A stretch of 64,000 nucleotides of DNA from Methanobacteriota archaeon (GTDB lineage Archaea > Thermoplasmatota > Poseidoniia > Poseidoniales > Thalassarchaeaceae), in the NCBI GenBank assembly GCA_028355015.1, contig JAOMRN010000003.1:48142-112141 (forward strand), read 5' to 3'. Made by a program: the position numbers and the translations under genes. Below, piece after piece: positions 29,542-39,699 of this stretch. Each line of letters begins with the position of its first letter. The first letter of the stretch is position 1. The notes beneath the pieces are model-generated. The model saw only the letters and a list, made by a program, of their open reading frames with translations. It did not search any database and was not told the origin of the DNA.

Positions 29542-29962
29542 TCTCTAATTCTTCCCCATCTTTACATGGTAAAGATTCTCTCAAAAACGAACCTGAAATA
29601 ACTTCTGCGGTTTCCGTGTGTCTTGTCAAATCAGGGATTAATATTGCGCAAGCAATCCAATACTTACCATCTGCTGATATTTTTGCAGGGAATGCAGTAG
29701 CCCCTCCGAATGATTTTCCATCTCTTTCGAATCCCTTTATCCTGAATTTCTCAGTATGCTGTGAAACTTTACCCTCTTCTAGTCCAGATAATATTCTTAG
29801 ATTTCTGTAATTTGCCAAACTAGATTTATCCATATCTAGATTAAGAGTGCCAGGCCAAGCACTGACTTCTAACACCTGTTTAAACTGCTCTTGATAATGT
29901 GGTTGAGCCATAAAAACATGGGCTCTTCCGAGACCACTTGATACTCTACCGGAGAGGTGCAT
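29528..29962 (-). CDS. ribK: CTP-dependent riboflavin kinase
   Basis: GRVSSGLG, WPGTLNL, IPDLTRH, EVIS..LRE. Confidence 0.9.
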   Translation of the reverse strand: MHLSGRVSSGLGRAHVFMAQPHYQEQFKQVLEVSAWPGTLNLDMDKSSLANYRNLRILSGLEEGKVSQHTEKFRIKGFERDGKSFGGATAFPAKISADGKYWIACAILIPDLTRHTETAEVISGSFLRESLPCKDGEELEIKLN

Positions 29963-30009
29963 ATTTCTCCGTCTACTATTCTATTCAAGAGGGTTGCCGC
30001 TTACAATTT

Positions 30010-30897
30010 TCATATCGATAGGGTATCATTCCTTTCACATATACTCCAGCCATATGATTCCACTAATTTTCTTTCTTCCGAATTATGGTCATTTACTGGA
30101 TTTGAATGGTTTAAATGTATGAATGAGATATCTGGATCGTTTATTTTTTTCATTCCCAAATAGTGAATACTATCTTCTATAGTTGGATGTGGTATTTTTG
30201 ATAAGTCTCTTCCTGGCAGTTCGTTTAGATTCCAAAAAGTCCCATCAACCAATGCAATATCAATTCTTAATGAAGTCAATAATTCTCTAATATTTCTTAC
30301 AGAAAAAGAATCTAATGTCTCACTCCATGAATCTTGATCTGGCAAGAATAAGAGATTCTTTCTTGGCCCTTTAATTAAAATAGCGGATGTATCGCCCAAT
30401 TCGCTTCGATGAGGTATTGGAATAAATTCTAATGTAAATCCACAATCATTCGTTGGTTGAAATTGATTTTTAGATATTAATCTAATATTCCCTTCTTCAA
30501 TCATTAATTTTACATCATTTCTTTCCTGCATAGAATCATTATTCATTTGACTCAAATAAATTGGTAAATTATTAACTCCCATTACAGGTTTTCCAAATTG
30601 GCCAATTCCTTCAACATGGCCGAGATGCAGGTGAGTAATTGTTACAGAGTCAGGGATGAATATTTTTTGTTCTATATCATCTCCACTCCATAATCTCAAT
30701 TGTTCAGATAAATTTTTTGTGACCTCTATTAGATGTTTTGAGCCATCACGTCCTTCTATGCCAAGAGATACAGGGTATCTCTTAAGTCCAGGATTCTCAT
30801 GAGCATTCAAGCACCTTTCGCATGAACATCCTGCCTGTGGAATGCCCGCATCTTGTGCGATGCCGAGTATTGTTACGATTATTTCTGGTTCCATCAA
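30010..30897 (-). CDS. MBL-fold metallo-hydrolase, PqqB-like
   Basis: LGIAQDAGIPQAGCSC, THLHLGH, PHRSE, DGTF, HLNHSNP. Confidence 0.85.
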   Translation of the reverse strand: MMEPEIIVTILGIAQDAGIPQAGCSCERCLNAHENPGLKRYPVSLGIEGRDGSKHLIEVTKNLSEQLRLWSGDDIEQKIFIPDSVTITHLHLGHVEGIGQFGKPVMGVNNLPIYLSQMNNDSMQERNDVKLMIEEGNIRLISKNQFQPTNDCGFTLEFIPIPHRSELGDTSAILIKGPRKNLLFLPDQDSWSETLDSFSVRNIRELLTSLRIDIALVDGTFWNLNELPGRDLSKIPHPTIEDSIHYLGMKKINDPDISFIHLNHSNPVNDHNSEERKLVESYGWSICERNDTLSI

Positions 30898-30992
30898 AAG
30901 CGTCGTGTAGGCATGTATCTTTAACTCGTATGTTCATTTCCTCAATATCGTCTAATCGAAGCACCAATGTACTGATGGGCTCTGTCAGGGTT

Positions 30993-32174
30993 ATGGTTGC
31001 CGATACCTCTTGGATGTCGAAGCGTTTCGACGAACTACAAAATCAGGGTCTAGATTGGAATCCCCCTACTCTCCAAACGGCTAATGATGCCAAATGTACT
31101 ATAGATGGCAAGGAGACTATAATGCTTTCAGCAAATAACTATCTAAATTTGACTAATCATCCCAAGGTCATGAATGCCATGATATCTGCAACTAAGAAAT
31201 ATGGTTCTGGAAGTGGTTCAGTTAGAGCAATAGCTGGAACTATGGACATTCATCTTGAAGCCGAAAAAAAAGTGGCTGAATTTAAGAAGGTAGAATCTTC
31301 ATTAATTTACTCTGCTGGCTATACAGTGAATGTTGGCCTGATACCGACATTAGTCCGAGGCCCACAAGATATTATCATTAGTGATGAATTAAATCATGGT
31401 TCAATAATAGATGGAGTGAGATTAACTAAGGCTCGTCGTGGCGTATATGCTCACAATGATATGTCCGAATTAGAAGCCGTATTAATGCAAAATTCTGATG
31501 CAGAGAGAAAATTAATAATTACTGATGGCGTATTTTCAATGGATGGAGATATAGCTCCCTTAGATGAAATTACAAAATTAGCGGAAGAATATGATTCTAT
31601 GGTTTATGTAGATGACTGCCATGGTGAAGGAGTTCTCGGGAACAAGGGCGCAGGTATAGTTGATCACTTTAATTTACAAGGAAAAGTACATTTTGAAACA
31701 GGTTCTTTCTCTAAAGCATTAGGTGTTCAAGGAGGGATACTAGCTGGGACTGAAGAAGTTAGAAATCATGCATTGAATCATTCCCGCTCATGGCTTTTAT
31801 CTGGTAGTCAACCACCTGGTGTGGCAGCTGCTCAAAAGGCAGCAATAGAGGTATTAATGAGCGAGCCAGAGCATCATTCTAGGCTTTGGGATAATACTAA
31901 TTATTTCCGTAAAGAATTGCAATCTCTTGGTTTTGATACAGGAGTTTCTGAAACCCCAATAATCCCAATAATGTGCGGTGAATCTTTAGTTGCTAAACAA
32001 TTATCTGACGAACTCAGTCAAGAGAATGTGATGGCAGGTGCAATTGTATTCCCAATGGTCTCTCGTGATAAAGCGAGAGTGCGGACTCAAATGTCTGCCG
32101 GTTTAACAAGAGATGATTTAGATAATGTCCTACATTTATTAGAAAAAATAGGTCCTAGGATTAATTTAATTTGA
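30993..32174 (+). CDS. kbl: Glycine C-acetyltransferase / AON-synthase family PLP enzyme
   Basis: SANNYL, SVRAIAGT, SDELNHGSIIDG, TDGVFSMDG, SFSKALG, RVRTQMSA; BioF not excluded. Confidence 0.8.
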   Translation: MVADTSWMSKRFDELQNQGLDWNPPTLQTANDAKCTIDGKETIMLSANNYLNLTNHPKVMNAMISATKKYGSGSGSVRAIAGTMDIHLEAEKKVAEFKKVESSLIYSAGYTVNVGLIPTLVRGPQDIIISDELNHGSIIDGVRLTKARRGVYAHNDMSELEAVLMQNSDAERKLIITDGVFSMDGDIAPLDEITKLAEEYDSMVYVDDCHGEGVLGNKGAGIVDHFNLQGKVHFETGSFSKALGVQGGILAGTEEVRNHALNHSRSWLLSGSQPPGVAAAQKAAIEVLMSEPEHHSRLWDNTNYFRKELQSLGFDTGVSETPIIPIMCGESLVAKQLSDELSQENVMAGAIVFPMVSRDKARVRTQMSAGLTRDDLDNVLHLLEKIGPRINLI

Positions 32175-32183
32175 AGTGATATT

Positions 32184-32603
32184 ATGGTGGAATCATCGAC
32201 ATTAGATTCTGGAGCCATTAAATCAATGATGCACAGAATAAAATCAGTACCAATTACTGATACTTTGAAAATGCAAATATTAAGACTCGATAAAGGAGAA
32301 TGCGAGGCCTTTATTCCTAGAGAAAAGAAATGGGATGGGATTTATGAAACATTTCATGGTGGTATTCTTGCAACTATTGCAGACAGCATAACATGTTGGG
32401 CAATTCTGACTGAAATAGGTCCAAGTTCCAATGTCGCGACTACTGATTTTAATATACGTTTTTTACGCCCATGTAAGACTGATGTTAAATGCTTAGCTAG
32501 GACTATCAAAGTCGGTCGTACCATGAGTCTCGCAGAAGCAGAGCTCTTCGATGTAAACGATAAATTAGTCGCAGTTGCACAAGTAAATTATATCATTTTG
32601 TAA
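32184..32603 (+). CDS. PaaI family thioesterase
   Basis: FHGGILATIADS hotdog motif. Confidence 0.88.
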   Translation: MVESSTLDSGAIKSMMHRIKSVPITDTLKMQILRLDKGECEAFIPREKKWDGIYETFHGGILATIADSITCWAILTEIGPSSNVATTDFNIRFLRPCKTDVKCLARTIKVGRTMSLAEAELFDVNDKLVAVAQVNYIIL

Positions 32604-32606
32604 TAA

Positions 32607-33227
32607 TCAATCTAATTCTTCGATTGCATTTTCAATCTCAATATTATTCTTTTCAAAAATCTCTTCTTTTCTATTATCTGGATAAATCGTCATATGCATT
32701 CCTTCAAAAGGACCTAAATCTCTATCAATTCGTTCTAGGATTCTCCACCTTGGAGCATAAGATAATTGAATATATAGAGGGCCAGGGAGGATAATTAGTG
32801 AATATCCAATCCATTCTATGGTGTCAGATATTGAAAAAGTAATTGCAATTGTAGTTATTAAAAATCCAATGAATGGGAGTGGATAGATGTACCTTCTTCT
32901 TTTTTCTAATCTAACTGGAGGTCTCCTAAATATTGATGACATTAAACTTGAAGTCCCTCCTAAAAATCCGCATATAAATATGATAATCAGACTTTCATTA
33001 ACCCATCTTTCAATAATTGAATCCAGTTCTCTAGAATTCACATAGCCATCATAGGCTGTTGGTAATATCAGAGTCAAATTTATCATCAGAGCATAAATAA
33101 TTCCTATGAATACTGGATGTGAAAAGGATAATGGATATCCTAGGAAAAGTTGACTAATTGAACCTCCTTCTAGCATGATTCGATGCTCTTCATCGAATTC
33201 CTCTAGACGTTCACGCCACCTTGACAT
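32607..33227 (-). CDS. Hypothetical membrane protein
   Basis: About 4 TM segments; no recognised motif. Confidence 0.6.
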   Translation of the reverse strand: MSRWRERLEEFDEEHRIMLEGGSISQLFLGYPLSFSHPVFIGIIYALMINLTLILPTAYDGYVNSRELDSIIERWVNESLIIIFICGFLGGTSSLMSSIFRRPPVRLEKRRRYIYPLPFIGFLITTIAITFSISDTIEWIGYSLIILPGPLYIQLSYAPRWRILERIDRDLGPFEGMHMTIYPDNRKEEIFEKNNIEIENAIEELD

Positions 33228-33381
33228 ATTTCTCAGGCCCAAGTGACGGCTCTTTCAGTATTGCGGGCGATAAATGTGTAATTATGTTGTTTTAAAGTAA
33301 TAATCGAATATTTCTATTTCTAATCGTAATATAGGAGATATTATCACTTGTTCACATGGGGAGTAGATTTTGTGATGCTAT

Positions 33382-34551
33382 ATGAGTAGTGAAGATGTAT
33401 TGTTTACAATTACTGGTAGAAATTTAGATTCAGGTTTAAGAGGAGTTCCTGTAGGCACCTGTCAAACATCTTTTGTCGATCCTCTTGAAGGCGTCCACTA
33501 TGTTGGTTACCCTGTTGAAGATCTGGTAAATATGGAGGAAGAAGATGTCATCTTTTTGTTGATGCACAAACGTCTTCCTACTGAAGAAGAAGCTCAAGAG
33601 TTTCACGCTGAGTTGACGCAGAGAGGTGAAAATATACCTACCGGTGCTCTCCGAGTTTTAGAATCATTAACTCCAGGGAGCGGTCACCCAATGGATTGGC
33701 TTTCTATCGGTATTATGGCACTCGGCGCAGCAGAGAATACAGGCGATACAAGAGCGGATGCGATGAATTTGATTGCTAGAATGCCTGAGCTAATGGCTAG
33801 GATTTTTAGATTAAGAGGTGGCGAAAAAGAGAAGTTACAACCTCGCAGACCGGGCCTCGGATTAGTAGAAAATTTCGTACATATGATGGGGTATAAAGGT
33901 CAGAAGGCTAGAGATATTGAGAGAGTTTTACGCTTCTTTTTCATTCTTCATATGGATCATGGTGGAGGAAACTTGTCTACCTTTTCTGGTAAAGCAGTAG
34001 CATCAGGCTGGGCATCAATTTACTCATCTATTTCTAGTGCAATGAATGCACTTTCTGGTCCACTTCATGGCAGAGCAAACCAAGCATGTCTCGAGTTCGT
34101 ACAAAGAATAGGAACTTCAGACCATCAAGAAATCGAGGATTTTGTTCGTACAGAATTAGAAAACAGGCGCCCAATATACGGATTTGGGCATGGTGTGCTA
34201 AGAGCAGAAGATCCTCGTGCACGCTTACTGATTGAGCTCGGAGAGGAAATTTGTCCAGATGATGACAATTTCAAAATCGTCAGAGCATTACGAGAAGTAG
34301 TTCCTCCAATACTTAGTGAAATACCTAAGATAAGCAATCCATATCCAAATGTAGATATTGCCAGCGGAAGTCTTCTTCATTCCGTTGGATTTAGAATGCC
34401 TGAGTACTATACGACTTTCTTTGGTTGGGCGCGTGTTGCCGGAATTAGTGCGCAAATACTAGATGAAAGAAATGCTAGAGATGGCAGAGGTACTCCAATT
34501 TATAGGCCCAAATATATCCCTAAAAATCAACCTTTGAGAAGATTAGAGTAA
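33382..34551 (+). CDS. gltA: Citrate synthase
   Basis: HMDHGGGN, GPLHGRAN, GFGHGVLR, YPNVD. Confidence 0.92.
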   Translation: MSSEDVLFTITGRNLDSGLRGVPVGTCQTSFVDPLEGVHYVGYPVEDLVNMEEEDVIFLLMHKRLPTEEEAQEFHAELTQRGENIPTGALRVLESLTPGSGHPMDWLSIGIMALGAAENTGDTRADAMNLIARMPELMARIFRLRGGEKEKLQPRRPGLGLVENFVHMMGYKGQKARDIERVLRFFFILHMDHGGGNLSTFSGKAVASGWASIYSSISSAMNALSGPLHGRANQACLEFVQRIGTSDHQEIEDFVRTELENRRPIYGFGHGVLRAEDPRARLLIELGEEICPDDDNFKIVRALREVVPPILSEIPKISNPYPNVDIASGSLLHSVGFRMPEYYTTFFGWARVAGISAQILDERNARDGRGTPIYRPKYIPKNQPLRRLE

Positions 34552-35685
34552 TCAAGACCCCCCTCTATGCGATTTCCCCGTACCTCTGTGTCCAATTATT
34601 CGTGAAACTTCCCAAGGTAAACTTGATTCAGAAGTTTCATTTAAGAGTGTATCAATATCTCTTTCCCATAACCATTTTTTCTTCCATTTTTCAACAAAAT
34701 TTCTTCTTTCACTATCTGATAGTTCATACCAAGAGGGTATTTCCTCCTGTAATTCAGAAATTTTTGAGGCATGTTCGCCCATAGGAGTTTCATCTAATTC
34801 TTTTCTCATTTCATCTGTCAAAGGTTGAGTTGCAGGTTTTATCCAACGCGCATGACCTGAATCTAAAGTAACTGAATTAGGAGATAAATCATCAGTAAGA
34901 CCTGTTAAACCTGCATCTAGTAACAATCTTTCTGAATCTGATTTTGCAGGCCATACATAAATGGGATAACCTCTTCTATATTTTGTTAATCTATCCAATT
35001 TCTTACCTTCTAAACCCACTGTCCAACCAATATTGATTTTACTTTCAATACCTTTCAAATATTGTAGTGAACAAGGGAGCATAGGGGACCCTTCTTCTCT
35101 TTGTCTATCGATTAATTTAGGCAAAGAATTTGCTAAAAAAGAAGGAGTTGCTATAATTCTTTGAGTAGTCCAATTACCCCATGACCTAATATTAGGGCGT
35201 AGTCTACTAAATTCAAGATTAGTATTAATTTTCTTGGAAGCAGAAATAATCTTTGGATCGAATGAATAAATTACAGTACTACTACTGCTTCTTTCTATTG
35301 GTTGTAATAACTCATCTAATTTTTGAATCATCTTAATCATATGTTGTTCTTTTTCTCTACCATTGAACCATCCACCTGCCTTACCACTAGATGGATGTGG
35401 TGTTTTGAACTCTATACAAGTAAAAGCCCCTTCTTCTGTCCAACGACGAATAAAATCTTTATTTTCTAATAATTTATCCATGGTCTCTACATATTCAGGT
35501 AAATCATCAATTGTTAGGCACTCCGGATATTCTCCAAACTCTGTTTTTGAATCATGATGTAGGACTAGCATATCGTCCTCTGTCAATCGTAAATCTAGTT
35601 CTACACCATCTGAATTTATCATGCCATATACTAGAGCTTCAACTGTATTTTCTCTCGGTCGAATCCAATCTTTCTCGACCTCCAT
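34552..35685 (-). CDS. Glycerophosphodiester phosphodiesterase family, circularly permuted
   Basis: RENT, GVELDLRLT, VLHHD, IEFK, YSFD, GLTDD; IIGHRG at the C-terminus. Confidence 0.8.
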   Translation of the reverse strand: MEVEKDWIRPRENTVEALVYGMINSDGVELDLRLTEDDMLVLHHDSKTEFGEYPECLTIDDLPEYVETMDKLLENKDFIRRWTEEGAFTCIEFKTPHPSSGKAGGWFNGREKEQHMIKMIQKLDELLQPIERSSSSTVIYSFDPKIISASKKINTNLEFSRLRPNIRSWGNWTTQRIIATPSFLANSLPKLIDRQREEGSPMLPCSLQYLKGIESKINIGWTVGLEGKKLDRLTKYRRGYPIYVWPAKSDSERLLLDAGLTGLTDDLSPNSVTLDSGHARWIKPATQPLTDEMRKELDETPMGEHASKISELQEEIPSWYELSDSERRNFVEKWKKKWLWERDIDTLLNETSESSLPWEVSRIIGHRGTGKSHRGGS

Positions 35686-35782
35686 GACACTACGGCACTG
35701 TTGCTAATAATTAATCAAACGTTTTTTCCTACATTGGGGCGCCCCAATACTAAAGTGTCGAAAAGTAAGCCGAGATATAGGT

Positions 35783-37645
35783 ATGGCCATGTCAGAGACA
35801 ATCGAATTAGATCAAAAATCAGACCCGCAAGCAGTAAAAGGATATGCATTTTATGACTGGGCTAAATCTGCATTTGAGACTTCAGTAACAGTTGCAGTTC
35901 TACCAGCTTGGTACGCGTATCTTTTCCTCAAAGCCAATGGTTTGACCACTACTATCGGTTCAATTGAGATGCAAGGTGATGCTGTTTGGTCCTTTGCAGT
36001 TGCTTTTGGCACATTATTTATAGCCATTATAAGTCCATCATTGGGTGTCATTGCAGATAGGAGAAGAATCAAGATGTGGTGGTTAAGAATTCTTACTTAT
36101 GTGGGAGCAGGATCAACTTTTCTCCTAGCATTTGCTCCATTGTTACCAGTAGATACTCAATGGATTTGGTTAATGGTTTTCTTCATGCTAGCTAATGTAG
36201 GATTGAATGGAGCAGGTGTATTCTACAATGCTCTTCTCCCACATATGGGTACCGATGATGAGATGGATAGAATTTCCAACCTCGCCTTTGCATATGGTTA
36301 TCTTGGAGGTGGGCTCTTACTTCTTGTTCACCTAATTATGGTATTATCTTTAACCGGTGATTGGGTTATTCCATTCGTCATGGCATCTTCCGGAATATGG
36401 TGGTATGGTTTCGCTCTAGTGACCTTCAAATTGGTTCCAGAACCTCCTATTGAAAATGAGATGCCTTCACTCGGTTTTGTATCATCTGCCAAACTGGCAA
36501 TCTCTGAAATTAGAAAGACTCTTAGTGAAGTTCAAAAATTTAGGACTCTTTTCATTTACATGTTAGCATACTTCTTCTTTATCGACGGTATAAACAGTGT
36601 AACTGCTTTAGGAGGTGTATTTGGTAGTACAGTTTTAGGTATCACTACAGTTGATTTAATTGTAACAATTCTTGCAATACAATTCGTAGCTTGGCCTTCT
36701 GCGCTTATGTTCACATCACTTTCCAATGGAGGAAAAATCCCCATGGTTAATCTTTGGGGCCCGAATAGATTTAAGATAATGATAATTAATGGAATTGGAA
36801 CTAAGAGAGCACTTAACGTATCATTGGTCGGATGGGTTATACTCTGTTTTGCAGCACTTTCTTTCGCTCCATTGGAATATACTGACCATACTGATTATCA
36901 GGTGCAGATAGAAGAAGTTGATGGTGAGTGGTTCTATACTCCACATGCAAATATACTCGATACCCCTATTGCTTTAGTTGAAGGTGGAGACGAACAGATA
37001 TGGGCTGAATCTTCATTACTTTCCTGGGGTATAGTACAGCAAAATGAGGATATTTCTGATGCTATAATCTATGAATGGGCAGGCTTCGATGATGATGGTA
37101 ATGCTATTGCCGTCAGCATAGCCTCCCTTACACCCGGAGAAATTACTTCTCTAACCGAATCGTTTGAAGATACTCGTTTTTCAATTAGTGTTAGAGATAC
37201 TTCAACCATGGTAGGTATTGATCATCCTACAAATCTTGGAGATGGTGTGATTGATTTTATTCCAGAAACAGTCAGGGATAAAGTCTGGGGTCCATTGCAA
37301 CTTTCAGTAGGCATACAATTCTTAATCTTAGGTTGTGCAATGGGTACATTACTCGGTGGTTCTCAAGGGTTAGCAAGGAGCATGTTTGGGCAAATGGTTC
37401 CTGAAACTAGAAGTGCAGAATTCTTTGGATTTTTTGGTTTCTTTGGTAAAGTTGCCGCGTTCATTGGACCATTATTGTATGGATTCATGACAGTGATGTA
37501 TGACAGTAGAATGGGTATTCTATCAATTGCAGTATTAATTCTGATAGGTGCAGTTATGATGCGAATGGTCGATCTTGAAGAAGGCCGATTAGATGCACAA
37601 GCCGAAGATGCTCGTAATCGCGGAATTACTATTCCTGAAGAGTAA
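35783..37645 (+). CDS. MFS transporter (UMF1/ATG22-like) with extracellular insertion
   Basis: FYDWAKSAF, FYNALLP, GGSQGLARS, AEFFGF. Confidence 0.87.
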   Translation: MAMSETIELDQKSDPQAVKGYAFYDWAKSAFETSVTVAVLPAWYAYLFLKANGLTTTIGSIEMQGDAVWSFAVAFGTLFIAIISPSLGVIADRRRIKMWWLRILTYVGAGSTFLLAFAPLLPVDTQWIWLMVFFMLANVGLNGAGVFYNALLPHMGTDDEMDRISNLAFAYGYLGGGLLLLVHLIMVLSLTGDWVIPFVMASSGIWWYGFALVTFKLVPEPPIENEMPSLGFVSSAKLAISEIRKTLSEVQKFRTLFIYMLAYFFFIDGINSVTALGGVFGSTVLGITTVDLIVTILAIQFVAWPSALMFTSLSNGGKIPMVNLWGPNRFKIMIINGIGTKRALNVSLVGWVILCFAALSFAPLEYTDHTDYQVQIEEVDGEWFYTPHANILDTPIALVEGGDEQIWAESSLLSWGIVQQNEDISDAIIYEWAGFDDDGNAIAVSIASLTPGEITSLTESFEDTRFSISVRDTSTMVGIDHPTNLGDGVIDFIPETVRDKVWGPLQLSVGIQFLILGCAMGTLLGGSQGLARSMFGQMVPETRSAEFFGFFGFFGKVAAFIGPLLYGFMTVMYDSRMGILSIAVLILIGAVMMRMVDLEEGRLDAQAEDARNRGITIPEE

Positions 37646-37647
37646 TT

Positions 37648-38442
37648 TTATTTACTCATAATTTTATCAAATACTAATGCTACTTCTAGTAGCAGGATCA
37701 TTGGTCCTCCTACTAGGAACATTGATAGTGGATCAGGAGGGGATAGCAATGCCCCTAATACAATAGCGGTAAACCAAATAATACCCCTATTTTCTGTTAT
37801 GATAACCCTACTAACAATTCCATTTCTTAGCAATATCCATACTAGCAAGGGTGTTTGAAAACTGATTATTGACCCGAAGAATAGCCCTACTATGAATCCC
37901 ATCCAAGATTGTAATTGCCAAGTATTTGATAATCCTATATTAGTGGCATCATTTGCTAAGAATTCAAGAAGCATTGGTATCAATATTTTGTGTGCATAAA
38001 TGCCTCCAACTATGGCGAGTCCAAAAGCCGAAATGAGCGCTATCGTAAATTGGAAAAATCTAGGTTTACTTTTGTTTATCTTCTCTCTTTTAGCCGCAGC
38101 AAATATTTCTCTCCCATTTAATGCTAGATCTGAGATTATTAATCCTAAGGTTAGGATAAATCCTATTTTCGTAGCTATACTCAATCGAAGTAAAATAACT
38201 TCCATTGGTTGTAATATTATTAATTCTACTCCATTTGGCAAATATCCATCCATATTCATCATCCAATCAATAATTTCTCCTGAAAATGGATAACCTAGAA
38301 TCATCCCGGCTACAAAAACTGCAATGAATAGTTTTATCTTTCGCTTCAAATAATCAATTAAACCTACCAATTCGGCCATTGGGACCATGTCTCCGGGCCG
38401 TTCGTTCATGTTATTCCGTAGAGGTTCTATTCCTGAATACAT
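37648..38442 (-). CDS. tatC: Twin-arginine translocase subunit TatC (true start may be internal)
   Basis: 6 TM, QPMEVI, FQTP, SPPDPLSM. Confidence 0.8.
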   Translation of the reverse strand: MYSGIEPLRNNMNERPGDMVPMAELVGLIDYLKRKIKLFIAVFVAGMILGYPFSGEIIDWMMNMDGYLPNGVELIILQPMEVILLRLSIATKIGFILTLGLIISDLALNGREIFAAAKREKINKSKPRFFQFTIALISAFGLAIVGGIYAHKILIPMLLEFLANDATNIGLSNTWQLQSWMGFIVGLFFGSIISFQTPLLVWILLRNGIVSRVIITENRGIIWFTAIVLGALLSPPDPLSMFLVGGPMILLLEVALVFDKIMSK

Positions 38443-38463
38443 CGCTCTGAGGTTTACTCATTC

Positions 38464-39579
38464 TTATCTTCTTAAAATTATAGATAGAATGTCTCCATCC
38501 TTCAGTCTATGGTCTAATCCGACTCTTTGCCAATCAAATTTTCCACTAGGTCCTTTTACTCTAGAGTATCTAAATTTTCTTACAAAATCTCTATGTAATT
38601 TAGCACAAACATCTCTCACAGTAGATGTATCTTTGATAATTAAAGGTTCGACTAAGTCCGCTTCTTGTCCCTGTGGCTTCAGATAAACGGACATAAAATG
38701 TAAATTTTCAAATATGAAATCTTTCATATTATCTATCCCTGTCCCTGTTTTTGCAGAAACTTGTAATACCGGCCAATTATGAGGTATCATTTCCATTGTT
38801 CTTTGGATGTCATCCTCATTAGCTAAGTCAACTTTATTGATTACTACTACTGCATTACTGTATACTCTATTACCTGCTAATGTATCTACAATATGATCGT
38901 CAGTGACATTTGTTCTTAGTGTCACTGTTGCTGAAACAATTCCAAAACTTCTTACAATTTCTTGTATCTCTTCATGAGTTAGATTTGTTTGTTTTACCGT
39001 TGATCTTACTACAATTCCTCCTCTATTAGATCTAGTGATAAATACTTGAGGTTCTTTTTGATTTAATCTCATACCAGATTTCCATAATTCTAAATCGAGA
39101 ATGTCGAAATGCGATTCTTGAAAAGGATCTAACACATACAGAACCATGTCAGCTCCTCTTATGACATTCAGAATTTCTTTTCCTCTCCCTTTACCATCAG
39201 AAGCTCCTTTAATCAGGCCAGGCAAGTCAAGAATCTGAATTTTAGCTCCTCTATGCTCCATTAAACCAGGTATACAAGTCAAGGTAGTAAATGCGAAATT
39301 CCCCACTTCCGACTCAACTTCAGTTAATTGAGATATCAGGCTAGACTTACCAACACTAGGGAAACCAACTAATGCGACCGAAGCATCTCCAGATTTTTTA
39401 ACTTCGAATCCTGGCCCACCACCACTAGCCTTTGCATGAGCTTGTGCTTTTTCCTTACGTGCTCTTAACGCTGCAATCTTTGCTTTTAGTTTACCAATAT
39501 GCGCATTTGTAGCTTTATTTTTCTGAGTTTTACCAATCTCATCTTCGAGTGACTTAATTTGTTCCTCGATTGTTGCCAT
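38464..39579 (-). CDS. DRG/Rbg family GTPase with TGS domain
   Basis: TQKNKATNAHIG, GFPSVGKS, FTT, DLPG, NKVD, TGS domain. Confidence 0.95.
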   Translation of the reverse strand: MATIEEQIKSLEDEIGKTQKNKATNAHIGKLKAKIAALRARKEKAQAHAKASGGGPGFEVKKSGDASVALVGFPSVGKSSLISQLTEVESEVGNFAFTTLTCIPGLMEHRGAKIQILDLPGLIKGASDGKGRGKEILNVIRGADMVLYVLDPFQESHFDILDLELWKSGMRLNQKEPQVFITRSNRGGIVVRSTVKQTNLTHEEIQEIVRSFGIVSATVTLRTNVTDDHIVDTLAGNRVYSNAVVVINKVDLANEDDIQRTMEMIPHNWPVLQVSAKTGTGIDNMKDFIFENLHFMSVYLKPQGQEADLVEPLIIKDTSTVRDVCAKLHRDFVRKFRYSRVKGPSGKFDWQRVGLDHRLKDGDILSIILRR

Positions 39580-39699
39580 ACCTAAACCCCTTATCGCGTC
39601 TGATTAATATGTTGATGGCCCCGACACCTATTCTTCAATTGAATGGACTAAGCGATAGTTCATGCCCTACTTCTCTTTGGATAGACCTGAGGGGCGACC

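Noticed and set aside
30822-30992. Long N-terminal extension of Kbl in the ORF track
   Set aside because: Overlaps the divergent MBL gene; family-like sequence starts near ATG 30993.
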